Notes under the pieces: model-generated
Databases searched by the model: none
What the model was told of the DNA's origin: nothing
The model's input: only the letters and a program-made list of their open reading frames with translations
In this document: positions 48,722 to 59,639 of the stretch, in pieces
How positions within the stretch are numbered: the first letter of the stretch is position 1
Layout: every line of letters starts with the position of its first letter
DNA from: an uncultured Mycoplasmatota bacterium
GTDB taxonomy: Bacteria; Bacillota_I; Bacilli_A; RF39; UBA660
Length of the DNA stretch: 64,000 bases
Assembly (NCBI GenBank): GCA_947571135.1
Contig: CANOWY010000002.1
Span: 5,569-69,568, forward strand
Reading direction: 5' to 3'
Translations under genes and position numbers: made by a program

Positions 48722-49381
48722 ATGAAGAAATATTTTATGAAAGTTAGTATTTTATTTGTTATTGCAATATTATGTTTTGCAAATCATATTGTTTTAGCCA
48801 GTCTTCCTTTGACAGGAAAGTTAATTGTAATTGATGTTGGACATGGTGGTGCGGATCCGGGTACTATGTATGGAGATATCTATGAAAAAGATATTAATCT
48901 TGCCATATCTTTGGATTTGGAGAGTGAACTTTCTAATCTTGGAGCCAGTGTGATTTTAATTCGTAATGAAGATTATGATTTATCAAAACCAAATGCTTCT
49001 TGGAGAAAGAAAAGTGACTTTGACAATCGAATAAAATTGATAAATGGGAGTGGAGCAGACTATTATTTTTCGATTCATTTGAATTATTTAGAGGATACAA
49101 GTTATTATGGGCCGCAAGTTTTCTATAATACAAAGAATGAAAGAAATAAAATAATTGCAGAACAAATTCAAAGTGAATTGAATAAGGAAATTAAAACAGA
49201 TAGGGAAGTAAAATTAATTCCTAGTACTACTTACATGTATAAAGAATTAAATATTGAGGGAGTATTAATTGAATGTGGTTTTTTGTCAAATGCTCATGAG
49301 CGTAGTTTGTTAGTAACGGAAGAGTATCAAAAAAAACTTGCAAAAACAATTGCAAGTGCTATTGGAAATTTAAAATTCTAA
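48722..49381 (+). CDS. cwlD: N-acetylmuramoyl-L-alanine amidase (Amidase_3), CwlD-like germination-specific amidase
   Basis: KLIVIDVGHGGADPG...NGSGADYYFSIHLN is the Amidase_3 signature. It has an N-terminal signal/TM. The position after rpsI matches B. subtilis cwlD. Confidence 0.8.
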   Translation: MKKYFMKVSILFVIAILCFANHIVLASLPLTGKLIVIDVGHGGADPGTMYGDIYEKDINLAISLDLESELSNLGASVILIRNEDYDLSKPNASWRKKSDFDNRIKLINGSGADYYFSIHLNYLEDTSYYGPQVFYNTKNERNKIIAEQIQSELNKEIKTDREVKLIPSTTYMYKELNIEGVLIECGFLSNAHERSLLVTEEYQKKLAKTIASAIGNLKF

Positions 49382-50347
49382 ATATTTCATATCCTTTTTA
49401 ATATGCCAAGATAGTCCAGTAGCATAGGATTTATCTTTTAGAACTTTTTTGTATTCTTCTTCTGTCATTTTGTTCTGTATAAATGTATGAGTTGCTTCAA
49501 ATAAAGCAATACATTCTTTTAGGGCTTTGTTATATAAATCAAAAAAAGATTCATTACTTTTTATTTTTTTATCGAAGGGATTATTCCAAGTATGGTGTTC
49601 GTTATTAAAAATGGATGTATGGCTATTATTGATATGAGAACTATAATTTGCGTAAACGCCTTCTTTTTTTGGTGTCATTTTATCGAATAATTGGTAGAAA
49701 AATTTTTTGATTCCTGTTTGATCGACAATTAAAAATTTATAAGCATAGTACATATATTGGCATCCTTTTTGGTATTTGTTTCCACCATTTTCTATGGAAA
49801 AAGTTTCTTTATAAGTTTTGTTTAAAAGATTGATTAATTCTTTATCTAATTTTTCTTTAGTGATTAGATGTTTGTGGATTTTAAAGTTTTTGAAAGGTTT
49901 CTTTTCTTTTTGTTTATATAAAAATGCATCGATTTCCATTTCCATTTTATTGTGTAAACCATTGTATTTAATTGTTTCTGGTTTTTCTTTTTTGTATTCT
50001 CCAGTTTTGTAGATAATATAAGGGTGTGTTGTACTATCTAAAATATAATGGGTAAGATGTCCATAAAGGCTTGCTAATACAGTTGGATTCTTTTGTAATT
50101 TATTTATTTTTATATATTTAATAAAGTTTAGGAAAAAAGTATCCGTGTTATTGTAATGACAATATTCTTGTAAATCGTGTTTTTTGATTTTAAAAAATTC
50201 ATAGAAAATAAAGGGGTCAAAACCTTGAGCAAAAAGTTCGTATAAATTTTTTTTCTCTTTAAAAGTATTGGTGATTTTTTTGGTGCAATTATTAAAAACA
50301 TCTTTTGCAAAGTAATTATGTGTGGTAATTAAGGGCATAAATTTCAC
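49370..50347 (-). CDS. Zinc-dependent phospholipase C-family-like protein
   Basis: 325 aa. ITTHNYFA near the N-terminus and LYGHLTHYILDSTTHPY resemble the H...N and HYxGDxxQPxH zinc-ligand motifs of Zn-dependent PLC. The call is tentative. Confidence 0.45.
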   Translation of the reverse strand: MKFMPLITTHNYFAKDVFNNCTKKITNTFKEKKNLYELFAQGFDPFIFYEFFKIKKHDLQEYCHYNNTDTFFLNFIKYIKINKLQKNPTVLASLYGHLTHYILDSTTHPYIIYKTGEYKKEKPETIKYNGLHNKMEMEIDAFLYKQKEKKPFKNFKIHKHLITKEKLDKELINLLNKTYKETFSIENGGNKYQKGCQYMYYAYKFLIVDQTGIKKFFYQLFDKMTPKKEGVYANYSSHINNSHTSIFNNEHHTWNNPFDKKIKSNESFFDLYNKALKECIALFEATHTFIQNKMTEEEYKKVLKDKSYATGLSWHIKKDMKYLEF

Positions 50348-50434
50348 TTTCCTTTCACATTATTATAACATAATCTTCATGTAAAAAATATATACTGATT
50401 TTAGGCGTTATGATATAATGTCTATGGTGATGAT

Positions 50435-51364
50435 ATGAATAAGATATTCAAAACTTTAGATGAGCAAATTTCTATTTTAGAAAGTAAAGGGATGATTATA
50501 GAGGATGTTTTGGCCGCTAAAGAAATTCTTTTGCGTGAAAATTATTTCTTTATTAGTGGATATCGTCTTTTATTTATGAAGTCGATGAATGATAAAACAT
50601 TTGTTCCGGGAGCAAGTTTTCGTGAACTGTATGGGGTGTTTAATTTTGATCGTCAAGTTCGAAATATTTTATTTAAAAATTTGCTTATTATTGAGAATAA
50701 TTTAAAGAGTATATTATCTTATCATTTATCTAAAACGTATGGAATTCGAGAGAATGATTATTTGAACCCTAATAATTTTAATAATCAACCAGAAAAGAAA
50801 AGGCAGATTAATGACTTAATTCAGAAAATGAAAAGACAAATTCGTTCAAATGCTGATAGTCATACGGCAACATCTCATTATAATACAAGGTACGGATATA
50901 TTCCTTTGTGGATAGCCGTTAAAGTTTTATCTTTTGGGATTGTGAGTGAACTTTATTTAATTTTAAAACCAAGTGATCAAAAATCTGTCGCAGAATTTTT
51001 TGATGTGGACGCAGATGATTTAGCCACTTATTTACCAGTCCTTGCTAATTATCGTAATTTGTGTGCACATGAAGAAATTTTGTTTGACCATCGTGTACAA
51101 AGGAAAATAGAGGATACTCGTTTTCATGAGTTATTGGAAATACCAAAGATAGGTGATGAATATATTTATGGTAAAGATGATTTATTTGCACTTATTATTA
51201 TTTTGAAACAAATGCTTCGTAAAGACGATTTTAATTCTTTAATTCGAGAATTAGATTATGAGATAAATAAGTTGAATGGAAAATTAGAAAGTATTAGTAT
51301 TGGAAAAGTTTTAGAAAAGATGGGATTTCCTATCAATTATATAGAAATAGAAGGGATGAATTAG
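50435..51364 (+). CDS. Abi_2 family (AbiD/AbiF-like) abortive-infection protein
   Basis: The N-terminus KTLDEQISILESKGMIIEDVLAAKEILLRENYFFISGYRLLF matches the Abi_2 (PF07751) signature. Length is 309 aa. Confidence 0.8.
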   Translation: MNKIFKTLDEQISILESKGMIIEDVLAAKEILLRENYFFISGYRLLFMKSMNDKTFVPGASFRELYGVFNFDRQVRNILFKNLLIIENNLKSILSYHLSKTYGIRENDYLNPNNFNNQPEKKRQINDLIQKMKRQIRSNADSHTATSHYNTRYGYIPLWIAVKVLSFGIVSELYLILKPSDQKSVAEFFDVDADDLATYLPVLANYRNLCAHEEILFDHRVQRKIEDTRFHELLEIPKIGDEYIYGKDDLFALIIILKQMLRKDDFNSLIRELDYEINKLNGKLESISIGKVLEKMGFPINYIEIEGMN

Positions 51365-51366
51365 AA

Positions 51367-52458
51367 ATGCAAGATTTTAAAGTGAATAAAAATGTAAGAT
51401 ATGCAGTTATTTTAATGGTGGTGTTCTTTTTAGGGGCTTTGGGGATGTTTGCACTAGTTAAGTATTCTCCAATGAATGTTATAGAAAATATAACGAAAAC
51501 AGTAAAAGATGTGACGGTTACGGATACAGGAATTGCTGATGCTGTTGAGAAAGTATATGATTCTGTTGTGACGATTGAAACATATAAAAAAGATAAGTTG
51601 TATGCAACAGGTACAGGTTTTGTTTATAAAAATGAAAATGGGAAAGGCTATATTTTAACTAATAATCATGTAATAGAAAGTGCTGATGCCGTTCGTGTTG
51701 TATTTACAAATAATAATTCAGTAGATGCTAAAATTGTAGGCAGTGATAAGTATGCTGATATTGCTGTGTTAACTGTTGATAGCAAAAATGTTTTAAGTGT
51801 TGCATCACTTGGCAATAATTCTAATTCTCGTATTGGAGATACTGTATTTGCAGTAGGTGCTCCTATTGATAGTAGTGCTTATTCCTGGACTGTTACAAGA
51901 GGAATTTTATCTGGTAAGGATAGAATGGTAGAAGTAAGTCTAAATAATTCTTCTATCAGTGACTGGGTGATGAGTGTATTGCAAACGGATGCTGCGATTA
52001 ATTCTGGAAATAGTGGAGGTCCTTTATCTAATTCTAATGGAGAGGTTGTAGGAATTACTTCTATGAAACTTGCTAGTAGTCAAATTGAGGGTATGGGCTT
52101 TGCTATTCCAATAGAAGATGCCTTATGGTATGCTGAAAAGTTTGAGAATGGGGAAAGTATTGTAAGACCTTATTTAGGAGTTTCTATGTATAATTTATCA
52201 GATATCCTAATCCGAGTAGATGCACCTGTATCTAGTGGGGTGTATATTGATCGTGTAGAAGATGGAAGTCCAGCAAGTGAAGCAGGATTAAAAAGTGGTG
52301 ATATTATTGTAAAATTAGGAAATGAAAATATTCCAAGTGTAGCATTTTTGAAGTATCAACTTTATAAACATACTGTTGGAGAAACTGTCGAAATTAGTTA
52401 CTATCGCGGAGAGGAATTAAAAACTACTTCTATACATCTAACAAAAGCAGCGAGTTGA
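51367..52458 (+). CDS. htrA: HtrA/DegP-family serine protease with PDZ domain
   Basis: It has an N-terminal TM, the trypsin-fold catalytic triad (TNNHVI, DIAVL, GNSGGPL) and a C-terminal PDZ domain. Confidence 0.9.
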   Translation: MQDFKVNKNVRYAVILMVVFFLGALGMFALVKYSPMNVIENITKTVKDVTVTDTGIADAVEKVYDSVVTIETYKKDKLYATGTGFVYKNENGKGYILTNNHVIESADAVRVVFTNNNSVDAKIVGSDKYADIAVLTVDSKNVLSVASLGNNSNSRIGDTVFAVGAPIDSSAYSWTVTRGILSGKDRMVEVSLNNSSISDWVMSVLQTDAAINSGNSGGPLSNSNGEVVGITSMKLASSQIEGMGFAIPIEDALWYAEKFENGESIVRPYLGVSMYNLSDILIRVDAPVSSGVYIDRVEDGSPASEAGLKSGDIIVKLGNENIPSVAFLKYQLYKHTVGETVEISYYRGEELKTTSIHLTKAAS

Positions 52459-52497
52459 ACTAGTTAAGTAAAAGTAGACAAGTAAAAAAAAATAGAA

Positions 52498-52536
52498 CCC
52501 TGATTCAATTTTATATTGAATGGGGGTTTTTATTTT
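52498..52536 (+). terminator. Rho-independent terminator after htrA
   Basis: The stem is CCCTGATTCAAT / ATTGAATGGGGG, followed by TTTTTATTTT. Confidence 0.6.
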
Positions 52537-52736
52537 AAAGTATAAGAAGGTCTCTTATTATAGTAATTAATATATTTTTTTATAAATTCTGGGACATCTT
52601 CCCAATGTTTTATATCAAAATCAATTTTTATTGTATCACTTCAAGTTAGTCTGCTTTTTTGTTTATAAAATTACGATAGTTAAGGTATAGTCTATGTTAT
52701 AATAGAATAACAAGTATTTTGATTGGAGGAATGAAT

Positions 52737-53942
52737 ATGAATGAAATTAAGTGTCCTAAGTGTGGAACTATTTTTCAAATAAGTGAAACAGATTATGAAT
52801 CCATTGTGAAACAAATAAGAGATACGGAATTTGAACATGAATTGTCTATTAGAGAAACACAGTTTAATAAAGAAAAGGAAAGTGCAATTAAGTTAGCAGA
52901 AGCCAATTTAGAAAGGACATTAAAGGATAACTTAAGTAAGAAAGATTTAGAAATAGTAGAATTAAATCATCAATTAAAATTAGAACAGACTGAAAAAGAA
53001 TTAGCAATTAAAATGGCGATTCATGAAAGGGATAAAACAATTAATGAATTAAATAATAAATTAGAGTTGAATCAAGCCGATTTTTTATTAAGAGAAAAAA
53101 ATTTAAAAGAAAACTATGAAGAAAAAATGAAAAATAAAGATGAACAAATTGCTTATTACAAAGATTTTAAAGCCAAACAATCTACGAAGATGATAGGGGA
53201 ATCTTTAGAACAACATTGTAATAATGAATTTAATAAGTTAAGACCTTTATTTAAAAATGCTTATTTTGAAAAAGATAATGATATTAAAACTGGCTCTAAA
53301 GGGGATTTTATTTTTAAGGATTATGATGAAGATGGAACGGAAATTATTTCGATTATGTTTGAGATGAAAAATGAGGCCGATGAAACTTCTACTAAGCATA
53401 AGAATGAAGATTTTTTTAAAGAATTAGATAAGGATAGAAGAGAAAAACGTTGTGAATATGCTGTTTTAGTATCATTGTTAGAAATTGATAATGAATATTA
53501 TAATGGAGGTATTGTAGATGTATCTCATAAATATGAAAAGATGTATGTCATTCGTCCTCAATTTTTTATTCCTTTGATTACGTTGATACGTGGCTTTGCT
53601 ATGAATTCGTTAGCATATAAAAAAGAGTTGCAAGTAGTTAAAAATCAAAATATAGATATTTCTCATTTTGAAGAAAATATGAATGCTTTTAAGGAAGGAT
53701 TTGGAAGAAATTATAGGTTGGCTAGTGAAAAATTTAAGAAAGCAATTGACGAGATTGATAAAACTATTGATCATTTACAAAAAACGAAAGAGGCATTGTT
53801 ATCAAGTGAGAATAATTTAAGACTTGCAAATAATAAAGCAGAAGAATTGACGATTAAAAAATTGACGCATAATAGTCCTACTATGGCAGTTAAGTTTGAA
53901 GAATTAGACAAGGCATCAAAAGTAGAAATGGTGACAGAATAA
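52737..53942 (+). CDS. DUF2130-family protein (N-terminal zinc ribbon plus coiled coil)
   Basis: [36 protein letters not shown] matches the characteristic DUF2130 N-terminus. The start is re-assigned to the second ATG after the GGAGGA RBS. Confidence 0.7.
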   Translation: MNEIKCPKCGTIFQISETDYESIVKQIRDTEFEHELSIRETQFNKEKESAIKLAEANLERTLKDNLSKKDLEIVELNHQLKLEQTEKELAIKMAIHERDKTINELNNKLELNQADFLLREKNLKENYEEKMKNKDEQIAYYKDFKAKQSTKMIGESLEQHCNNEFNKLRPLFKNAYFEKDNDIKTGSKGDFIFKDYDEDGTEIISIMFEMKNEADETSTKHKNEDFFKELDKDRREKRCEYAVLVSLLEIDNEYYNGGIVDVSHKYEKMYVIRPQFFIPLITLIRGFAMNSLAYKKELQVVKNQNIDISHFEENMNAFKEGFGRNYRLASEKFKKAIDEIDKTIDHLQKTKEALLSSENNLRLANNKAEELTIKKLTHNSPTMAVKFEELDKASKVEMVTE

Positions 53943-54097
53943 AAGTTACTAATTCATAGAATAGTTACATTCTTTTTCTTTTTTTCTTAATAGGGATTTA
54001 TTTCTCTTTTTTTAGTTTTTCTAAAATAGAGACAGTTTGTATGATAAAATTAAGTAAACGCACAATTTATGAATGTTAAAAATATAAGGAGTTTTAT

Positions 54098-56398
54098 ATG
54101 TTAGATCAGTTACGAAACAATGATTTGGTTATAACAAATAATAAAGATGCTATTTTAGATTATTTAGATAAAAAAAACCAATTATTAAATATTAAGATAA
54201 TGACACAGCAAGAATTTATAAATCATTATTTTGGATATACAGATACATCAGCGCTTTATTATTTAGTAGATAAGTATCATTATAAATATGATGTTGCCAA
54301 AATGTATTTAGATAATTTTTTGTTTGATGAAAAATTGTTTAAAGAATTGGAAGAAAATCACCTTATTTTTAGAACACCATTATTTAAGATGAGAATATCT
54401 CGTATTGTTATTATTGATATTGAGATTGAGCCTTTTTTGAAAAAAGAAATAGAAAAGTATGATTATTTATATTTGAAAAGAGATAAACAAAAATTTGTAC
54501 CTCAAGTTACTTTTTTTTCTACATTAGAAGATGAAGTAGAGTATGTTGCGAACAGAGTGAGAGAGTTATTAAAAATGATGCCTACTTCTAAAATTGCAAT
54601 TGTTTTAGAAAGTGGAGAGTATTTCAATACATTAAAAAGAGTATTTAAATTATACGGGATTCCTATAAATACGTATGAACCTAAAGGTATATATGGCACT
54701 TATTCTGTACATAAATTTTTACATACACTAAAGGATACAAAAGATTTTTCCATGGCTTTGAATTGTATTCGAAAAGATGCTATTTATGATGCGATATTAA
54801 AGGTCTGTAATCAATATCAGTTTACAGGAATAGATGATACAATTCTTTATTTAGTAGAAGAGGAATTAAAGCAAAAAAATATTCCTTATCAGGAAAAGAA
54901 AGAAGCCGTTCGTGTTATCAATATGAACAAAATGGTTGATGAAGAAGATTATTATTTTATTCTTTCTTTTAATGAAGGTATTTTTCCTAAAATCTATAAA
55001 GATGAAGATTATTTAAATGATTTTCAAAAGCAAAAGATTGGTTTATTTACATCTTTTGAGAAAAATAAAAATGAGAAAGAAAAAGTAATTCGTAAAATTA
55101 TGAGTTTTAAAAATGTAGTGATTACGTATAAATTGAGTTTTCAAGGACAAAAATATTATCCTTCTTCCTTGTTAGCGGAGTTGGGTTTAGAAGGAATAGA
55201 GGGAAGTAATCATGAATATTCCTTTTCTGATTCTTATAATCAATTAAAATTAGCAAGTATGTTAGATCAATTTATTAAATACAATAAAGTTCATGAAGAT
55301 TTAGGTCTTCTTATGTATAATTACCAAGAGATTCCTTATTTAACTTATGATAATCAATTTCAAAACATTGAAATTCCTACTTTTAGAAGTTATATTCATG
55401 AAAGGTTAACTTTGTCTTATTCTAGTTTGGATACATTTTATCATTGTAGTTTTCGCTTCTTTTTGGCTAATATTTTAAATTTAGATAAGCATGAAGAAAC
55501 GTTTATGAAAGTGATTGGGACTATGTTTCATTCTATTTTATCTGTTGCTTTTCAAGAGGATTTTGATTTTGAAAGTGCATTTTCTAAATTTGTTAGTACT
55601 AATAAATTTAGCCCAAAAGAAGATTTTTTTGTTTCAAAGTTAAAAATAAAATTATGGGAGGCAATTGAAATTATTAAAGAACAAAATCAAAATAGTGAAC
55701 TAGTGCATGGGTTGTACGAAAAAAAAGTTATTATTCATAAGAAAAAGGATATTGATGTAAATTTTGTTGGTATTATAGATAAAATAAAATATAATGAATT
55801 TAATGGAAAAAAAGTTGTGTCAGTTATTGATTATAAAACGGGGGTACCTTATATTGAACTTAATCATTTATATTATGGGTTGTCTATGCAACTTCCTATT
55901 TATTTGTATTTGTTGCATTCTTTATTTTTAGAAGATGTAGAGATTGCAGGATTTTATTTGCAAAAAGTAGTTCATGAAAATTTGTCTTTTCAAAAGGGGC
56001 ATGATTATGTTAAAGAGATGAAAAAACTTTATCGTTTGGAAGGGTTTAGTACTGATAATGAAGAAATATTAAAATTAAATGATTCTCATTATGTTGATAG
56101 TAAAATGATTAAGGGAATGAGGGTTTCTTCAAAAGGATTTTATCCTTATACAAAAGTTTTAAGTGCAGAACAAATGAAAAAATTGGTAAAATTAGTGGAT
56201 ACGAAAGTAGAAGAAGCCATTGTGGATATTCAAAATGCTCGCTTTAGGATTAATCCAAAAATGATTGATAATGAAATTATTGGTTGTGCTTTTTGTAAAT
56301 TTAAAGATATCTGTTACTGTAGTACTAAAGATTTTGTTTTGTTAAAGAAAATGAATTATGAAGAATTTTTGGGAAGAAGAGAAATAAATGAAAGTTAG
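54098..56398 (+). CDS. addB: AddB/RexB nuclease subunit of the AddAB helicase-nuclease (short form without N-terminal Walker A)
   Basis: 766 aa with a C-terminal PD-(D/E)xK nuclease (VIDYKTG) and Fe-S cysteines (CAFCKFKDICYC). It lies immediately upstream of addA. Confidence 0.8.
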   Translation: MLDQLRNNDLVITNNKDAILDYLDKKNQLLNIKIMTQQEFINHYFGYTDTSALYYLVDKYHYKYDVAKMYLDNFLFDEKLFKELEENHLIFRTPLFKMRISRIVIIDIEIEPFLKKEIEKYDYLYLKRDKQKFVPQVTFFSTLEDEVEYVANRVRELLKMMPTSKIAIVLESGEYFNTLKRVFKLYGIPINTYEPKGIYGTYSVHKFLHTLKDTKDFSMALNCIRKDAIYDAILKVCNQYQFTGIDDTILYLVEEELKQKNIPYQEKKEAVRVINMNKMVDEEDYYFILSFNEGIFPKIYKDEDYLNDFQKQKIGLFTSFEKNKNEKEKVIRKIMSFKNVVITYKLSFQGQKYYPSSLLAELGLEGIEGSNHEYSFSDSYNQLKLASMLDQFIKYNKVHEDLGLLMYNYQEIPYLTYDNQFQNIEIPTFRSYIHERLTLSYSSLDTFYHCSFRFFLANILNLDKHEETFMKVIGTMFHSILSVAFQEDFDFESAFSKFVSTNKFSPKEDFFVSKLKIKLWEAIEIIKEQNQNSELVHGLYEKKVIIHKKKDIDVNFVGIIDKIKYNEFNGKKVVSVIDYKTGVPYIELNHLYYGLSMQLPIYLYLLHSLFLEDVEIAGFYLQKVVHENLSFQKGHDYVKEMKKLYRLEGFSTDNEEILKLNDSHYVDSKMIKGMRVSSKGFYPYTKVLSAEQMKKLVKLVDTKVEEAIVDIQNARFRINPKMIDNEIIGCAFCKFKDICYCSTKDFVLLKKMNYEEFLGRREINES

Positions 56399-56409
56399 GA
56401 GGAGAATGT

Positions 56410-59400
56410 ATGTCAATGTGGACAAAAGAACAAAAAGATGCCATACATTTTGATCATTCTAATATTATTGTAAGTGCTGGAGCAGGTAGTGGAAAGACGG
56501 CCGTTTTGTCTGAAAGAGTTATTCGTAAATTAAAAGATGGAGTTAATATTAATGAACTTTTAATTTTAACGTTTACGAAAGCAGCAGCAGAAGAAATGAA
56601 GATTAGAATTAGAAACAAGATATCAAAGGATGATTCTTTAAAAAGTCAACTTGCTTTACTGGATGCTTCTTATATTACTACTTTTGATGCCTACGCTCTT
56701 GCGATAGTTAAAAAATATAATTATTTGTTAAATGTATCTAAAAATATTTCCATAATCGAGTCTAGTATTATTTCTATAAAAAAGGAAGAATTATTGGATA
56801 GTGTTTTTGATGAATACTATGTGTCTCGAGATGAAAAGTTTTTAAAGTTTATAGATGACTTTTGTGTTAAAGATGATGGAGTAGTTAAAGTATGTATTTT
56901 AGAGATGAATAATAAACTTGATATGCGTTATGATAAGGCAGAGTATTTAAAAAATTATATTGTAAATTATTATAATGATAATTTTATAAACAAGTTAATT
57001 CAAGAATATGAGAATTTAATTTTAGAGAAAGTGAGTCTTCTTCACGAACAGGTATTGAAGTTAGAAGAGTTTGTTTCGACTGAATATGCAGAGAAATTGA
57101 ATGAATCTTTAGGGGAGTTATTGATTGCAGATAGTTATCAAAAGGTTGTAAGTAATATAAATACTATACCTAGGTTACCTAAGAATGCAGAGGAAGAAGC
57201 AAAAGTTGTTAAAGAAAAAATAAGTGATTGCTTGAAAGAAATTGATACTTTATGTAGTTATAGAGATTTAGAAGAAATAAAAGATTCTCTTTACAAAACA
57301 AAGAATTATGTCGAAGTGATTATAGAAATCATTTTAAGGTTAGATGCGAAAGTGAATGATTATAAGTTTCAAAATGACTTATTTGAGTTTTGTGATATTG
57401 CTAAAATGGCGATTCGTGTATTAGAAGAAAACGAAGAGATTTGCATGCAATTGCGTGCTAGTCTAAATGAAATTATGATTGATGAGTATCAAGATACGAA
57501 TGATTTGCAAGAGAAATTTATTTCTTTTCTGGCAAAAGATAATGTCTATATGGTGGGAGATATTAAGCAGTCTATTTATCGCTTTCGAAATGCTAATCCT
57601 AATCTTTTTAAAGAAAAGTATGATCAGTATTCATTACATGAAGGTGGGATAAAAATTGATTTGAATAAAAATTTTCGTTCTAGAAAGGAAGTGCTACAGA
57701 ATATTAATTTGATTTTTAATTTGGTAATGAGTGATTTTGTTGGAGGTGCTAGTTATAGTGCGTCTCATCAAATGTGTTATGGAAATACTTCTTATGATGA
57801 AATTGGAAGTACAGCGCATTCTAATGATTTAGAGATATTAAATTATGTTTATGATAAAACGGCTGGTTACTCGAAAGAAGAAATTGAAATTTTTACTATT
57901 GCAACGGATATTAAGAAGAAAATGGAGGAACAATACGAAATTTTTGATAAAGATGCTCAAATCAAGCGTCCTATTCGATATGAAGATATTGTGATTTTGA
58001 TGGATCGGTCTACTCATTTTTATTTGTATAAAAAAGTATTTGAATATTTAAATATTCCTATGGCAATTTATAAAGATGAATCGATTACAGATAGTGTTAC
58101 TATTGCGATAGTGAAAAATATTTTGTATTTACTTTTAAATCGTTATCCCAATCAAGAATTTAAATATGCTTTTATTAGTGTTTTGCGAAGTTTTTTGTTT
58201 AGGGAAGAGGATAATGTAATTTTTTCTTATTTTGTAAATCAAAATTATGAGGATTCTTTTTTGTTAAAGATTATAGAATCTATCGATTATTTTATGTTAA
58301 ATCCTAAAGAAGTAATGGAAGAGATTATCGAAAAATTTGCTTTTTATGAAAAAATTGTTACAGTGGGAGATGTGGATAAGCATATTGCAATTTTGGATTA
58401 TTTGCTTACTATTGCGGATTCTTTGGGTAAAATGAGATATACTTTGGAGGATTTTTATCATTATTTGTGTGTTTTACAGGAGAAGAATTATGACATTACA
58501 ATTCATTCTTTGAAACAGGAAAATGGAGTTAAAATTATGACTATTCATAAATCTAAAGGATTAGAGTTTCATTTGTGTTATTTTAGTGGATTGTCTTCCA
58601 AGTTTAATTTGAGTGATGTAAATGCGAGGTTTTTGTATGATAAAAAGTATGGAATTGTAACCCCTTTTCTTGATAGAGGAATTAGAGGAACAATTTGTAA
58701 GGATTTGATTAAAATATCTCAATTAAAGGAAGAAATTTCTGAAAGAATTAGACTTTTTTATGTAGCGTTAACAAGGGCAAAGGAGAAGATGATTTTTGTA
58801 GCATCTTTAAAGGAAGAAAGTCCTTTTGTATTGGATAGAGTTATAGATTATCAAAAATTAGAGTATAGATCACTATTAGATATTTTAAATTCTATTAAGG
58901 GAAATTTGTCTTCTTTTATAAGGAGAGTAGATTTAGATAATATTGGACTTACTCATGATTATAATTATATTAAGGAATATAACTTTAGAGAGTTAATAGA
59001 GTATAAAAAGTGCAATTTGGATGTAGATATGCTTGTTAAAGAAGAGAATGTAGTGGAGAAGGAACGTTTTTCTAAAGTGTCTACTAAATTGATGTCTAGA
59101 GAAGAAATGGAAAATATGCGTAGTGGTGTATATTTTCACGAGATTATGGAGAATTTTGATTTTACTAATCCGAATTATAGCGGGCTGGACGATTTTGATG
59201 TAAGAAAGATTCAGGCTTTTATAGGAACTGGCATTTTAGATCGAGCCTTGCATTTATATAAGGAATATGAGTTTAAATATATAGTGAAAGACACTGTTTT
59301 GCATGGTGTGATTGATTTGTTGATAGAAGAGGAAAGTGAATTTAAAATAGTTGATTATAAGTTAGTGAATACAAAAGACGAAGTGTATATTAAACAATTA

Positions 59401-59526
59401 AAAGGATATAAGGAATATATTGAAAAAAGATTTCAAAAAAGTGTTAGAGTATTTTTGTATTCAATAGTAAAAGAAAGTCTTGAAGAAATAAAGTTACAAG
59501 ACTTGGATGTTTTAATGGAAGTCTAG
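56410..59526 (+). CDS. addA: AddA helicase-nuclease subunit (UvrD/PcrA-like SF1 helicase plus C-terminal nuclease)
   Basis: 1038 aa with helicase motif I (GAGSGKTAVL), motif II (DEYQDTN) and the C-terminal nuclease motif (VIDLL...IVDYKL). Confidence 0.92.
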   Translation: MSMWTKEQKDAIHFDHSNIIVSAGAGSGKTAVLSERVIRKLKDGVNINELLILTFTKAAAEEMKIRIRNKISKDDSLKSQLALLDASYITTFDAYALAIVKKYNYLLNVSKNISIIESSIISIKKEELLDSVFDEYYVSRDEKFLKFIDDFCVKDDGVVKVCILEMNNKLDMRYDKAEYLKNYIVNYYNDNFINKLIQEYENLILEKVSLLHEQVLKLEEFVSTEYAEKLNESLGELLIADSYQKVVSNINTIPRLPKNAEEEAKVVKEKISDCLKEIDTLCSYRDLEEIKDSLYKTKNYVEVIIEIILRLDAKVNDYKFQNDLFEFCDIAKMAIRVLEENEEICMQLRASLNEIMIDEYQDTNDLQEKFISFLAKDNVYMVGDIKQSIYRFRNANPNLFKEKYDQYSLHEGGIKIDLNKNFRSRKEVLQNINLIFNLVMSDFVGGASYSASHQMCYGNTSYDEIGSTAHSNDLEILNYVYDKTAGYSKEEIEIFTIATDIKKKMEEQYEIFDKDAQIKRPIRYEDIVILMDRSTHFYLYKKVFEYLNIPMAIYKDESITDSVTIAIVKNILYLLLNRYPNQEFKYAFISVLRSFLFREEDNVIFSYFVNQNYEDSFLLKIIESIDYFMLNPKEVMEEIIEKFAFYEKIVTVGDVDKHIAILDYLLTIADSLGKMRYTLEDFYHYLCVLQEKNYDITIHSLKQENGVKIMTIHKSKGLEFHLCYFSGLSSKFNLSDVNARFLYDKKYGIVTPFLDRGIRGTICKDLIKISQLKEEISERIRLFYVALTRAKEKMIFVASLKEESPFVLDRVIDYQKLEYRSLLDILNSIKGNLSSFIRRVDLDNIGLTHDYNYIKEYNFRELIEYKKCNLDVDMLVKEENVVEKERFSKVSTKLMSREEMENMRSGVYFHEIMENFDFTNPNYSGLDDFDVRKIQAFIGTGILDRALHLYKEYEFKYIVKDTVLHGVIDLLIEEESEFKIVDYKLVNTKDEVYIKQLKGYKEYIEKRFQKSVRVFLYSIVKESLEEIKLQDLDVLMEV

Positions 59527-59639
59527 CATGGATTGAGTTTGATATTATTTGCTCTAAAAAGTGGTAGTTTGATGGTGTGAAATGATTATTTTAACCAATT
59601 TTGTATTTTTTTCATACTTTATACTAGAGGTGAAAAACA

